Below are positions 1 through 8,537 of a stretch of 58,407 nucleotides of DNA, one piece after another. The DNA is from a virus. Below the pieces are notes generated by a model. The model ran no database searches. It was not told where the DNA came from and saw only the letters and a list, made by a program, of their open reading frames with translations. Made by a program: the position numbers and the translations under genes. How positions within the stretch are numbered: position 1 is the stretch's first letter; each line of letters begins with the position of its first letter. The stretch lies in IMG/VR virus record IMGVR_UViG_3300045988_099599; one strand, written 5' to 3'.

Positions 1-55
1 ATATTTATGGTTTTGAAGTCAGTGAAGGAATGGTATCCGATATCACAGATAAGCT
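1..55. repeat. Terminal overlap (identical to 58353-58407); marks a circular or circularly assembled molecule
   Basis: Compared by eye, nt 1-55 equal nt 58353-58407. The unique length is 58,352 bp. Confidence 0.95.
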
Positions 56-827
56 TCTTCCCAGAATAGAAGAATGGCAAACTCGCCCATTGTCAGCGGT
101 ATATCCAATCGTTTTTATTGATGCTGTACATTTTTCTGTGCGTGACGATGGTGTGATCAGAAAGCTTGCTGCATATGTCGTCCTTGGAATTAACGAAGAC
201 GGAATGAAAGAAGTATTAAGCATTGTTGTAGGTGAAAATGAAAGCAGCAAGTATTGGCTGTCAGTGCTGAATAGTCTGAAAAATCGAGGCGTTCAGGACA
301 TTCTTATTCTCTGCTCTGATGGACTGACAGGAATCAAGGATGCAATCTCCGCCGCATTTCCTGAAACGGAACAACAGCGCTGCATAGTGCATATGGTGAG
401 AAATACACTCAAATACGTTGCAAACAAGGATATGAAGTCTTTTGCTAAAGACTTAAAAACAATCTATACAGCTGCCGATGAAAAAGCTGCCAGAAAACAG
501 TTAAAGACCGTTACCGAAAAATGGTCGGGACAATATCCGAGTGCCATGAACCGCTGGCATGATAACTGGGACGCAATCTCCCCGATTTTTAAATTTTCCA
601 AAGAGGTTCGTACTGCGTTTTATACTACAAATGCCATTGAATCGTTGAATTCATGCTATCGCAGGCTAAACAAGCAGAGAAGCGTATTTCCGAGCTCACA
701 GGCACTGGTGAAAGCACTATACCTGGGGACTTTTGAAATAGCCAAAAAATGGACAATGCCAATCCGTAATTGGGGCAAAGTCCGTGGTGAACTCGAAGTC
801 ATGTACCCGGACAGAATGCAGATATAG
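1..827 (+). CDS. IS256-family (Mutator-type) transposase, C-terminal part (whole protein about 414 aa)
   Basis: The product has VYPIVFIDAVHFSVRDDG, LILCSDGLTGIKDAI, RCIVHMVRN and YTTNAIESLN, typical of Mutator/IS256 DDE transposases. The frame is open from nt 1. Confidence 0.9.
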   Translation, partial: IYGFEVSEGMVSDITDKLLPRIEEWQTRPLSAVYPIVFIDAVHFSVRDDGVIRKLAAYVVLGINEDGMKEVLSIVVGENESSKYWLSVLNSLKNRGVQDILILCSDGLTGIKDAISAAFPETEQQRCIVHMVRNTLKYVANKDMKSFAKDLKTIYTAADEKAARKQLKTVTEKWSGQYPSAMNRWHDNWDAISPIFKFSKEVRTAFYTTNAIESLNSCYRRLNKQRSVFPSSQALVKALYLGTFEIAKKWTMPIRNWGKVRGELEVMYPDRMQI

Positions 828-1037
828 CAATAAAAGCCGGAATATCAAGAGTAAATATACGCCCAGAATTCTCTGGGCGCTCTTGACATACCAGCTTATT
901 TTTGCTATTAAATAAACAACGGCTTAACACAGAAATCTGCTGTTAAGCCGCATCAATTATCATAGAAGATCTGAATTTACAGAAAAAATTTCACACCGTC
1001 GACGGTGCCGGGAACATCGTCCTCTTTTCTTTTTACA

Positions 1038-2576
1038 TTAATTGAACAACTTGTACCAAGTCTCAGCTCCTACCACGCCGTCAGCTTTCAAACCGACTGC
1101 TTTCTGAAACGCTTTGACCGCAGCCTGCAGACCAGATCCGAAGCTGGCATCCATCGCGCCGGCATAGTAACCTTTTGCTGACAAGATGAATTCAATCAGG
1201 TATACGAACGTGCCGGATGCTCCTTTTTTGATAACTACCTTTTTTGCCGCTTTCTTGCAAGAAGACAGGAAGTTACTGTTGGACGGATCCAGCTTTGTTT
1301 TATATTTTCGGTTACACAGATCTTTCCAGACGCACACAGCTGCAGCTCTGCTCTTTTTCCCGAAGCTGTCATCCACATCCAGAAGTTCTTTCATGTATTT
1401 TTTCAGAGTACTTCCGTAGTTAGTATTCAGCCACTTCTGACCTTTTCCGACATTTCCAAGCGTTTTCACGGGCTTGTCTGGTTTCGTCACCGGTTTCACT
1501 GTTGACTGATCCGGTTTGGTTTCTTTTTCAGTGCCATAGTCAATATAGCAGAACGATTTGATTTTGCTATCTGTCCAAGAATAAGTCTTAACAGCGCAAG
1601 AATCACCATTTCTTTCATATTTCTTGTTACTGGTGTTACCCTCGCCACACTCGAAAGTCTTGTTTTTGCTGTCGATACTGAGTACTCTTCCCATGTGGGA
1701 CTGTCGGAAGATTACCAGAGCACCGATTTTTGGAGTGCTGCCCAGTTTCCCAGCTGACCGGAACATGGCTTCTGTCGAGAAAACACTGTAACCGCAGTAG
1801 TTCTTTTCTGTCATACACCAATGTTTCAGCGCATCGGTTTTTCCGAATTCTTTCAATTCCATGGCGAACTGATAGGTAGCACACCATGGCTGATCCTGGC
1901 ATCCTGCCAAACCAGCACTGGTTACAATGTTTGAAAAATCCTGATGATTTTTGCCAGTTTCCATGTACGGCATATTGCCGTATTCCCGTTCTCTTTCAAT
2001 GATATTGTCAATTCCCATAGTAGTTCCTTCCCTCATTTTGTTATAGATCTGTTGTGCATAGTCTGCTCTGATCGTTTTAAGACTTTGCCAGTTAGACGGT
2101 GATTCATATTCTTTCAATACACAGTTTGATGCCAGTGTCACTCTTTTTGTTTTGCAAAGGTACTCAAACACCGATGGGAACTTCTTTTTTAGTTCCGATA
2201 CCGTGTACTCAATCTGCATAGCAGGATCTCCGATAGACACGCCCTTTTTCTTTGCCAGATCATACAGTCCTGCTTTCCGGTCAGAGGTTGTCCACTGGGA
2301 TAATCCGTAGCCGTAGTGTTTTCCCATCGGGGAAAGGAATTCTGCCCGGGAAATCTTGCCAGAGTCCACAGCCTGTGTATAACTGTCATCTGTGTACGCC
2401 TTACCCTTTTCCTTGTACCGTTTCACGCACAAGAACTCCAATCGGTTTGCTAGAAATCCAGCCGATTCCGGATACTGGTTTCCTAACATACCAGCTGCAC
2501 CCTCCGGTGTCATACCAGCTTTTCTGTATTCCTGATACGCTACACGAATCCAATCATTAAAAATTACTTGTGCCAT
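1038..2576 (-). CDS. Multidomain endolysin: tail-lysozyme-like N-domain, CHAP/NlpC-like cysteine peptidase, C-terminal peptidoglycan-binding repeat
   Basis: Start set at MAQVIF (ATG 2576) behind AAAGGAG. The central part has QPWCATYQ...SHMGRV...EGNTS. The C-terminus GSGLQAAVKAFQKAVGLKADGVVGAETW is PG_binding_1-like. Confidence 0.85.
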   Translation of the reverse strand: MAQVIFNDWIRVAYQEYRKAGMTPEGAAGMLGNQYPESAGFLANRLEFLCVKRYKEKGKAYTDDSYTQAVDSGKISRAEFLSPMGKHYGYGLSQWTTSDRKAGLYDLAKKKGVSIGDPAMQIEYTVSELKKKFPSVFEYLCKTKRVTLASNCVLKEYESPSNWQSLKTIRADYAQQIYNKMREGTTMGIDNIIEREREYGNMPYMETGKNHQDFSNIVTSAGLAGCQDQPWCATYQFAMELKEFGKTDALKHWCMTEKNYCGYSVFSTEAMFRSAGKLGSTPKIGALVIFRQSHMGRVLSIDSKNKTFECGEGNTSNKKYERNGDSCAVKTYSWTDSKIKSFCYIDYGTEKETKPDQSTVKPVTKPDKPVKTLGNVGKGQKWLNTNYGSTLKKYMKELLDVDDSFGKKSRAAAVCVWKDLCNRKYKTKLDPSNSNFLSSCKKAAKKVVIKKGASGTFVYLIEFILSAKGYYAGAMDASFGSGLQAAVKAFQKAVGLKADGVVGAETWYKLFN

Positions 2577-2595
2577 AATTTCTCCTTTCCGCACT

Positions 2596-2620
2596 AAAAA
2601 AGGAGAGCCGATGCTCTCCC
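2596..2620 (-). terminator. Intrinsic terminator immediately upstream of the endolysin RBS
   Basis: The minus strand reads GGAGAGC-ATCG-GCTCTCC followed by TTTTTT, about 20 nt before the endolysin ATG. Confidence 0.7.
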
Positions 2621-2856
2621 TTTACTCGTCTTTCTCTTCCTGAATCCCCGCACATTTTATATAATAAGTGTATATAATTTTTGTGTTCCTTTGTCCCCGT
2701 CATTTTTAATCGTGTGCGTAACCAATAATATAATTACATTTCTTGATAGATAACGCTTCTTCTAATTAATTAGTTCCATCGTTCTGGACTCGATTTCGTT
2801 AGTAATTTCGTGTAATAATTCAATCAATTCAGATAATGTCATTTTTCCTAATTCCA

Positions 2857-3009
2857 TTATTTTCCAAGTGACTCGCGGATTGCTTCAAGGTCGTCCACAG
2901 TGAGCACTGGATAATCTGCCGCAATATCCTCAAAAGGCTCTCCGTTTTTAAGACGGATTTTAAATGCTCTTACCATGATTTTTAATTTAAGTGTGTTCAA
3001 TGTTTTCAT
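2857..3009 (-). CDS. XkdX-like small tail-fibre-region protein (50 aa)
   Basis: Hand translation gives MKTLNTLKLKIMVRAFKIRLKNGEPFEDIAADYPVLTVDDLEAIRESLGK. Its ATG overlaps the upstream stop (TAATG). Size and position match XkdX-type genes. It is below the ORF-track cutoff. Confidence 0.45.
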   Translation of the reverse strand: MKTLNTLKLKIMVRAFKIRLKNGEPFEDIAADYPVLTVDDLEAIRESLGK

Positions 3010-3338
3010 TATACTTCTCCTCCAATCAATTCAGCCATCATTAAAATGATATCGTCTGTAGTTGCTTCTAGTGTGTCGATACGCTCTGTATCAGTTCTTT
3101 TAGGCTCATTTCCGTAATTGAGATATTTTTCTGGTGTTGCTTTTACGTCAGCTAAGTCTAGTGTTCCAGTGGGTTCTGAGATTTCTTTGTAAGCGTATTC
3201 ATAATAAATCCGTTCCTCTTCCTGCCCCTCGGGAATCTCTGTCACGATGTTCTCATTCAGACAGATATAGACATAATCCGTTCCATCAATCTGTCTAACA
3301 GTAACACTCTCTTGTGTAGTGTCGAATCTTGCTTTCAT
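3009..3338 (-). CDS. Hypothetical acidic protein downstream of the DGR RT (possibly XkdW-like, tail-fibre associated)
   Basis: 109-aa ORF with RBS AAAGGAG. It overlaps the RT 3' end by 44 nt. Confidence 0.6.
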   Translation of the reverse strand: MKARFDTTQESVTVRQIDGTDYVYICLNENIVTEIPEGQEEERIYYEYAYKEISEPTGTLDLADVKATPEKYLNYGNEPKRTDTERIDTLEATTDDIILMMAELIGGEV

Positions 3339-4611
3339 GAGATATCACTCCTTTACAAATTTGAATCGTTTTGTTCGCGTTGTATCTTCTTTTTATATTG
3401 TAGCTGTCCGTGTGGTCTAAGATGCCTTTGTATGACATGCACTTCCTTGCAAGCCATACTGGAATCTTCTTTCTCTGCTTTACAAGGGATTTTGCTTTCT
3501 TGTACGACCGCCTCACTCTTAAGAAAACTCTTCTTCTAATTGTTATATGCTGTCTGTATATGCGGACGCCCATAATATCAATGAAATGACCGTCATCTTT
3601 GCGTTTTGCGATTGTTGTATATACCATCCAACTTTCTTTGATTTTCAATCCAATCTCGTCTGCTTTCTGTATAATCAGTTTCATAGCTTTGTGAATGTCT
3701 TTTGCGTTCGTTCCAAGAATAAGAATATCGTCCATGAAGAAAAGTTGATGCTTGACGAGATTTACTCTTTCTATTGTTCCGTTTCTCTTCTTTCTGATAT
3801 GATACATATTCTCCGCTATTTCATGGTAGATTTGAGACAAGAACAAGTTACAAAGATACTGGCTTAAATACGAACCAATGCTCAATCCAGTGTCAAATGT
3901 CATGATTAACATCTCTATCAATTCGAGTAGCGGTTCATTCTTAATGTATTTCCTAAGAAATTCCATTAATTTGTTTCTGTCAATCGATGGATAGCATTTG
4001 CTTATATCACATTGACCAGCGTATCGGATACCTTTGTTTCTCATCCATCGTTTTATTGCTTTGATGCCGTAGGATTGACCTTTTCCACGTAGTGCCGCAC
4101 ATTGATATTCGCCAATTCGCTTGAGAAAGTCTTTCATGGCTTCTACTGCGATATAATCGTAGATTTGCTGTTTAATATTCTGTATTCCAATTCTTCGAAC
4201 TTTCTGACTGGAAGCGTCAATCTTTTCTCTGTACCATATTGGTTGAAAGTGAATATTGTCTTGAATGATTTCTTCACGTACTCCGTCAACCACTGTTTCA
4301 ACCATCGGTTTCATTCCATTTAATCCGAACTCATTGAACATTCCTTTAATAGTGTCTGTCGGAAGTCCAGTGTATTCAGAAAACATTTTCAATGAATCTC
4401 TTCTTTTGTACTTCTTTTTAAGGCATTTGTATACTGCCTTTTGAATCAGTTTTCTATCTGTTATGTCGACCGTTTTGCAATACGTCTTCATCGATTGTCT
4501 TTTTAAGGGCGTTCGGCTTGTACTACTAACCCCGACAGATAGGCGAACCCTATCCGTCCTTACTCCTTCCTTCAAAAGTTTCAGTAGGTCTATAAAAAGT
4601 ATTTCGGGCAT
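3295..4611 (-). CDS. Diversity-generating retroelement reverse transcriptase
   Basis: RT motifs are present: KVRRIGIQNIKQQIYDY, QCDISKCYPSID, GLSIGSYLSQYLCNLFL (DGR-type I/LGxxxSQ) and FFMDDILILG (YxDD box). It lies directly 3' of the TR. The start may instead be MKTYCK (ATG 4491). Confidence 0.9.
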   Translation of the reverse strand: MPEILFIDLLKLLKEGVRTDRVRLSVGVSSTSRTPLKRQSMKTYCKTVDITDRKLIQKAVYKCLKKKYKRRDSLKMFSEYTGLPTDTIKGMFNEFGLNGMKPMVETVVDGVREEIIQDNIHFQPIWYREKIDASSQKVRRIGIQNIKQQIYDYIAVEAMKDFLKRIGEYQCAALRGKGQSYGIKAIKRWMRNKGIRYAGQCDISKCYPSIDRNKLMEFLRKYIKNEPLLELIEMLIMTFDTGLSIGSYLSQYLCNLFLSQIYHEIAENMYHIRKKRNGTIERVNLVKHQLFFMDDILILGTNAKDIHKAMKLIIQKADEIGLKIKESWMVYTTIAKRKDDGHFIDIMGVRIYRQHITIRRRVFLRVRRSYKKAKSLVKQRKKIPVWLARKCMSYKGILDHTDSYNIKRRYNANKTIQICKGVISHESKIRHYTRECYC

Positions 4612-4694
4612 CTGCCCAAGAGCCTTTACAGGCTACACTCTTTACGAGTGCGAAATACGACGCAAGGATTTAGATATATATATTAGAAATTAAC

Positions 4695-4790
4695 AATTTC
4701 AGCCGAGGTAATTCCAATTCGTCCTGTCAAGCCTGTTCCTGCAATTCACGTACGCTGAGCCAGCATTCGACCCATCCCTGAGATTACCGC
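4695..4790 (-). repeat. DGR template repeat (TR), non-coding
   Basis: 96 nt align without gaps to 4880-4975. On the gene strand it carries AAT/AAC/AGG/TAC codons and an in-frame TGA. Confidence 0.9.
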
Positions 4791-4827
4791 GTGCGCCGTA
4801 AGTCCTTTTATTTTTGTCGGTCGTATT

Positions 4828-4856
4828 AGGGGCGATCCCCTCTTTCCAAAAGGAAA
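4828..4856 (-). other. Two small hairpins just 3' of the VR (candidate DGR target-recognition hairpin)
   Basis: AGGGG-CGAT-CCCCT at 4828-4841 and TTTCC-AAAA-GGAAA at 4843-4856, 24-52 nt beyond the VR end. Confidence 0.4.
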
Positions 4857-4877
4857 TTCACCCCCAACGACCTCTTC

Positions 4878-6509
4878 TTAATCGCAGCCGAGGGAATTCC
4901 AATTCGTCCAGCCAAGCCAGCCCCAGCAAGCCACGAACGCAGAGCCAGCAAGCGACCCAGCCCAGAGATCACCGCCTTGTAAATATTCTCGCGTTCCAGA
5001 TGTATTTTTACCGTCAGCGTATACCATATCTGCGAAGCCTTGTGAACTTGACGAACCTTTTGCAGACGGAAACCATGCGCCAGTATCAACATCTACAGAA
5101 ATATCGCCAACCCAAAAATCCGAACCGTTTCCGTCGGGATTTGCTGGAATTGTGCCGACACACGTATATGTGTTTCTAATCATTGTATCAGAAGAATTGT
5201 GTGGTACACCCTTTTGTGCAACATACACTTTTTTGCTGTAATCGCTTTGGAAGTCCATTACTGTATCAGATGCGACCATATATCCACCGACAGCGTATTC
5301 ACGACCTTGAACTCTGTACGGATGCTTGCCATCTGTATTAGAACCGAAAGAACCATCATGTCTGCCAATAACTTTATCAGTACTTCCCGACCACCAATGC
5401 ATTGAGGTAATCGTGATAGGAGCATTTACTGTATCAGATAATTTAATAGGAGTGGTATTAAATCCTGTTTTAATATCAAGATATACAGCTTTATTATTCT
5501 CATCGAGCGTTTCAATACGCAACACTTTTACATCATCTGCATACGCATGTATTGTATTAACTCCACGATCATTATTTACTGTATTTGTATCAGTTTTTAA
5601 TTCTCCATATCCAACTGATACATAAGAGCCAACAAGAATGTTCTGCGCCTGTGCGTTTGTAACCGGGAAATATGTATGCGCATCAGCAGATTCGATAGAA
5701 GCAGAGTATTGGAAACTGTATCCTGTACATCCCTGGAATAAACTCTGGCTATTCTTTGTAGCACCTTTGATAATGTTAAAAAGAATCTGGAATGTATTCC
5801 TTTCTGCACCAGCTCCCCAATGTCCTTTACCTTTTTTTTGATAATTAGTAATCATATTGTTATGACTCTGATTTCTTTCAGGTTTTAATCCAGGCTGACT
5901 TCTAAGTAATCCATCAGAAGCAACGCCTGATACATAAGCAGAACCAATACACCACGGAATAATTTTTCTGTCTGCACGCTTGCATTCTGTCCACGGTTTT
6001 AATTTATACTTTTCGTTTGGGGTGTCAGAAATCGTTACCAAATCGTACTCTGGATTTGATGCGTCCCAATTCCACCAAAAACTCATCTGCATAGCACCAA
6101 CATCAACGCTACCTGTTTCTTGATAAGTATCATCATATTCTGTAGCAATCGGATACGCCGTACCATCATCATAACGCTTGTAATTACAATGCACCCAGTC
6201 GAAAAGAGGGTGATTTCCATTTAGATAATCGTCCTTACCCTCGGTTGTATCAGTGGACGGAACAAATTCCAATCCAGCATTATCTAACAGTTTCTCTCCA
6301 CTAGATGTTGGATTAGTTGCGAATTTCCAGATTTTTGTCTGATACACTTTTCCAGTTCTACGGATATTATAAAAGCTTTCGATGGTCAATACGTGCGGAG
6401 TGTTGTTGCGAATGTCTTTCATTACACTCTTTAAATTATCTAAACCTTCCTCGAGCGAACCAATTGGTCCGAGAATATCATTCTCAAAATCTATAGTTTT
6501 CTGTGCCAT
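4878..6509 (-). CDS. DGR target protein: tail-fibre/receptor-binding protein with a C-terminal C-type-lectin-like variable region
   Basis: 543-aa ORF that is last in the tail-fibre block. Its C-terminus ...GGDLWAGSLAGSAFVACWGWLGWTNWNSLGCD is encoded by the VR. Confidence 0.85.
   Translation of the reverse strand: MAQKTIDFENDILGPIGSLEEGLDNLKSVMKDIRNNTPHVLTIESFYNIRRTGKVYQTKIWKFATNPTSSGEKLLDNAGLEFVPSTDTTEGKDDYLNGNHPLFDWVHCNYKRYDDGTAYPIATEYDDTYQETGSVDVGAMQMSFWWNWDASNPEYDLVTISDTPNEKYKLKPWTECKRADRKIIPWCIGSAYVSGVASDGLLRSQPGLKPERNQSHNNMITNYQKKGKGHWGAGAERNTFQILFNIIKGATKNSQSLFQGCTGYSFQYSASIESADAHTYFPVTNAQAQNILVGSYVSVGYGELKTDTNTVNNDRGVNTIHAYADDVKVLRIETLDENNKAVYLDIKTGFNTTPIKLSDTVNAPITITSMHWWSGSTDKVIGRHDGSFGSNTDGKHPYRVQGREYAVGGYMVASDTVMDFQSDYSKKVYVAQKGVPHNSSDTMIRNTYTCVGTIPANPDGNGSDFWVGDISVDVDTGAWFPSAKGSSSSQGFADMVYADGKNTSGTREYLQGGDLWAGSLAGSAFVACWGWLGWTNWNSLGCD
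4880..4975 (-). repeat. DGR variable repeat (VR), the last 32 codons of the target gene
   Basis: It differs from the TR at 18 positions. All 18 are plus-strand T in the TR, which is A on the transcribed strand. Confidence 0.9.
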
Positions 6510-6511
6510 AT

Positions 6512-7108
6512 CTACTCCCTCCCGTCATCATAAGTTACCATCAGACTGCCAGCTTCAGTGACGGTGAAAGTAACACCATTAAATTGTTTCTTCCCCTCTT
6601 CCACGGCAGCATTTACAGCTGACACTCCGGCTTTTTTCGCGGAATCAACAGCAGATACGGCCGCCGCAGCGGCATTATCAACAGCTGTTGTCCCGTCCGT
6701 CCCGGCTTTTTCAACTGCGGCAACCGCTTCCGTTTTCGTCTTTGTAATATCGGACAATGCTTCTATTTTGGTCTGTCCCACGGCCGATACTGCTTCTTCC
6801 TGGCTGGCACCGATAGCATTTAGCCCAGCAGTTTTCTTTTCTTCCATAGCGGTTTCGATGGCCGTAGTTGCTTCCTGCGTTTTTTCTTCAACGTGACTGT
6901 TGAACATTTCCACAACAGTGTCAACATGGCTTCTCGCTTCCACTACAGCCTTGCGGTCTTCCGCAACCGCATTTTTGTCAGCTGCTACCTGTTCTGCTTT
7001 TCCAGCGAATTCGGCCAGAAGTTTCCCGAAGTCTTCCCGTGTGCCTTTATAGCCCTGTTTTACAGCCTCTGCGTAAGCAGTAGCCGCTCCAAGATCTGTC
7101 GTAATCAT
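6512..7108 (-). CDS. Tail-fibre-associated Ala-rich coiled protein
   Basis: 198-aa ORF, tightly packed. The C-terminus is GVTFTVTEAGSLMVTYDDGRE. Confidence 0.6.
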   Translation of the reverse strand: MITTDLGAATAYAEAVKQGYKGTREDFGKLLAEFAGKAEQVAADKNAVAEDRKAVVEARSHVDTVVEMFNSHVEEKTQEATTAIETAMEEKKTAGLNAIGASQEEAVSAVGQTKIEALSDITKTKTEAVAAVEKAGTDGTTAVDNAAAAAVSAVDSAKKAGVSAVNAAVEEGKKQFNGVTFTVTEAGSLMVTYDDGRE

Positions 7109-7944
7109 TTCATCATCACCTCCAAATGTCCTTTTTCATTCAGTCGAAAATCCAGACTGTCTTTAATGTTTTCTGTCCGTTCGAGGATCAGATGTCCGTT
7201 TTCGTTGATTTCCATGCGGCAGTATCCGTTTTTTGTGGCAACCTGTTTGGCCGCTTCTGAATAATACATGGCATTGTCCTTATCACGATCCGGATAACCC
7301 ACATGGCCGTGCGCCCAGGATTCCGCTTCGTTCCTTGCATCCGTTGCTGTTCTCAGAACAGATTCGGTAGCCGTGTCGAATTCTGATTTCAGTTTTTCAA
7401 CGGCTTCTCTGTCGCTTTTTGCATTTTCAGCACTTTCCGATGCTTCCGAACTTGCCTTTTTGGCATCTGCAGCATATTGTTTCGCGTTTTTCTCGGCAGT
7501 TTCTGCACGGCTGGCCGCTGCATTTACTGCATCGACCGCTTCATCGAGTAGTTTTTTGTCATCCGGGTCCGTGCCGATGTCAGACGGTTTCGACCTGGTT
7601 TTCACTTGCAGAATTACCTTGTACACAGTATTTCCAGACGTTTCATCAGATACATAAATATACGCATAGATCATATAGTATTCTGTATTTACAGAAACGT
7701 GGCTGTTTTTTAACAATTCGTTCGGTATCTGCACTTCTAAGCATCCATCTGTAGTTTTTCCCACTCTTGTTTCCGTACTTCCTCTGGTATCCGTAAGTGA
7801 AAAGTCAACTGTCACATATTCTGGAAGTTCCAGATCGGATACCCTGAGTATCTGTCCGTAGTCATACTGATATAATCCAGATTTTCTGGCAGTTCGTTCC
7901 CGACCAAAATTTACATCTACGTATTTATGTTCATTTACCGTCAT
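7105..7944 (-). CDS. Tail-fibre/baseplate-associated structural protein
   Basis: 279-aa ORF with 4-nt overlaps to both neighbours and a central Ala/Glu-rich coiled segment. Confidence 0.6.
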   Translation of the reverse strand: MTVNEHKYVDVNFGRERTARKSGLYQYDYGQILRVSDLELPEYVTVDFSLTDTRGSTETRVGKTTDGCLEVQIPNELLKNSHVSVNTEYYMIYAYIYVSDETSGNTVYKVILQVKTRSKPSDIGTDPDDKKLLDEAVDAVNAAASRAETAEKNAKQYAADAKKASSEASESAENAKSDREAVEKLKSEFDTATESVLRTATDARNEAESWAHGHVGYPDRDKDNAMYYSEAAKQVATKNGYCRMEINENGHLILERTENIKDSLDFRLNEKGHLEVMMK

Positions 7945-8254
7945 CGTAAGTCACCTGCAGGTTTCCAGTCTCACTGACTGTAAAACCAATCCCTTCCCCA
8001 TCCGCTTTACTGTCAAGTCCCTCCTTGACTTTTTTTGTTGAGGCATCCACTTCGTTGATTGCGTTTTCAATGGTTTTGCTTTCAGTGTTTAGAGCGAATT
8101 CTTGTTGTTTTAGCTTTGAAAGAATCCATTTGAAAAAGTATATCAGTCGGATGGTTTTGTTAGTTCCAGATTCTTGTTCCAACTGCATGAGTTCATCTTC
8201 ATCAACTGGCATAGATTCTTTTTTGGGATATTCATTCCAGTTCACTTTTATCAC
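7931..8254 (-). CDS. Small tail-fibre-associated protein
   Basis: 107-aa ORF. The C-terminus GIGFTVSETGNLQVTYDDGK repeats the motif ending ORF 6512..7108. Confidence 0.6.
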   Translation of the reverse strand: MIKVNWNEYPKKESMPVDEDELMQLEQESGTNKTIRLIYFFKWILSKLKQQEFALNTESKTIENAINEVDASTKKVKEGLDSKADGEGIGFTVSETGNLQVTYDDGK

Positions 8255-8526
8255 CTCTCTGTTTTTTCACCAGTGCCCCGCTCTTTTAACTTTTTATTCA
8301 TGTCATTCACGATATAGTCCGTCTGTTCCGTCATCAAGGCAATTCTCTGTCCACGCTCTTCGGCCAGAAGTCCTTCAAGGACTAGATCGATAATTTCACC
8401 TGGCAAATCATACATTACAGTTGCCCGGTTGATGTGCATCCTCATATAGTTTCTCGCCTGTTCAATCCGGAATCCATCCGGTAATTTCACTCTTTCTTCT
8501 TCCAACTGTTTCTGTTGTTCTGTCAT
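8251..8526 (-). CDS. Hypothetical structural-region protein
   Basis: 91-aa ORF with a stop/start overlap to its neighbour. Confidence 0.55.
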   Translation of the reverse strand: MTEQQKQLEEERVKLPDGFRIEQARNYMRMHINRATVMYDLPGEIIDLVLEGLLAEERGQRIALMTEQTDYIVNDMNKKLKERGTGEKTER

Positions 8527-8537
8527 TTCTTGCTCTC

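Larger units (their letters stand above)
1..1026 (+). mobile_element. IS256-family insertion sequence, right part
   Basis: The reverse complement of 969-1026 reads AAGAGGACGATG...TGTGAAATTTTTTCTGTAAATT, matching the left end apart from about 18 extra nt. Exact ends and target duplication are not resolved. Confidence 0.6.

Noticed and set aside
3009-3338. The 109-aa ORF as the DGR Avd
   Set aside because: It is acidic and predicted beta/coil-rich, and it resembles fibre-associated XkdW-type proteins more than a basic four-helix bundle. This is left open as a check in the findings.
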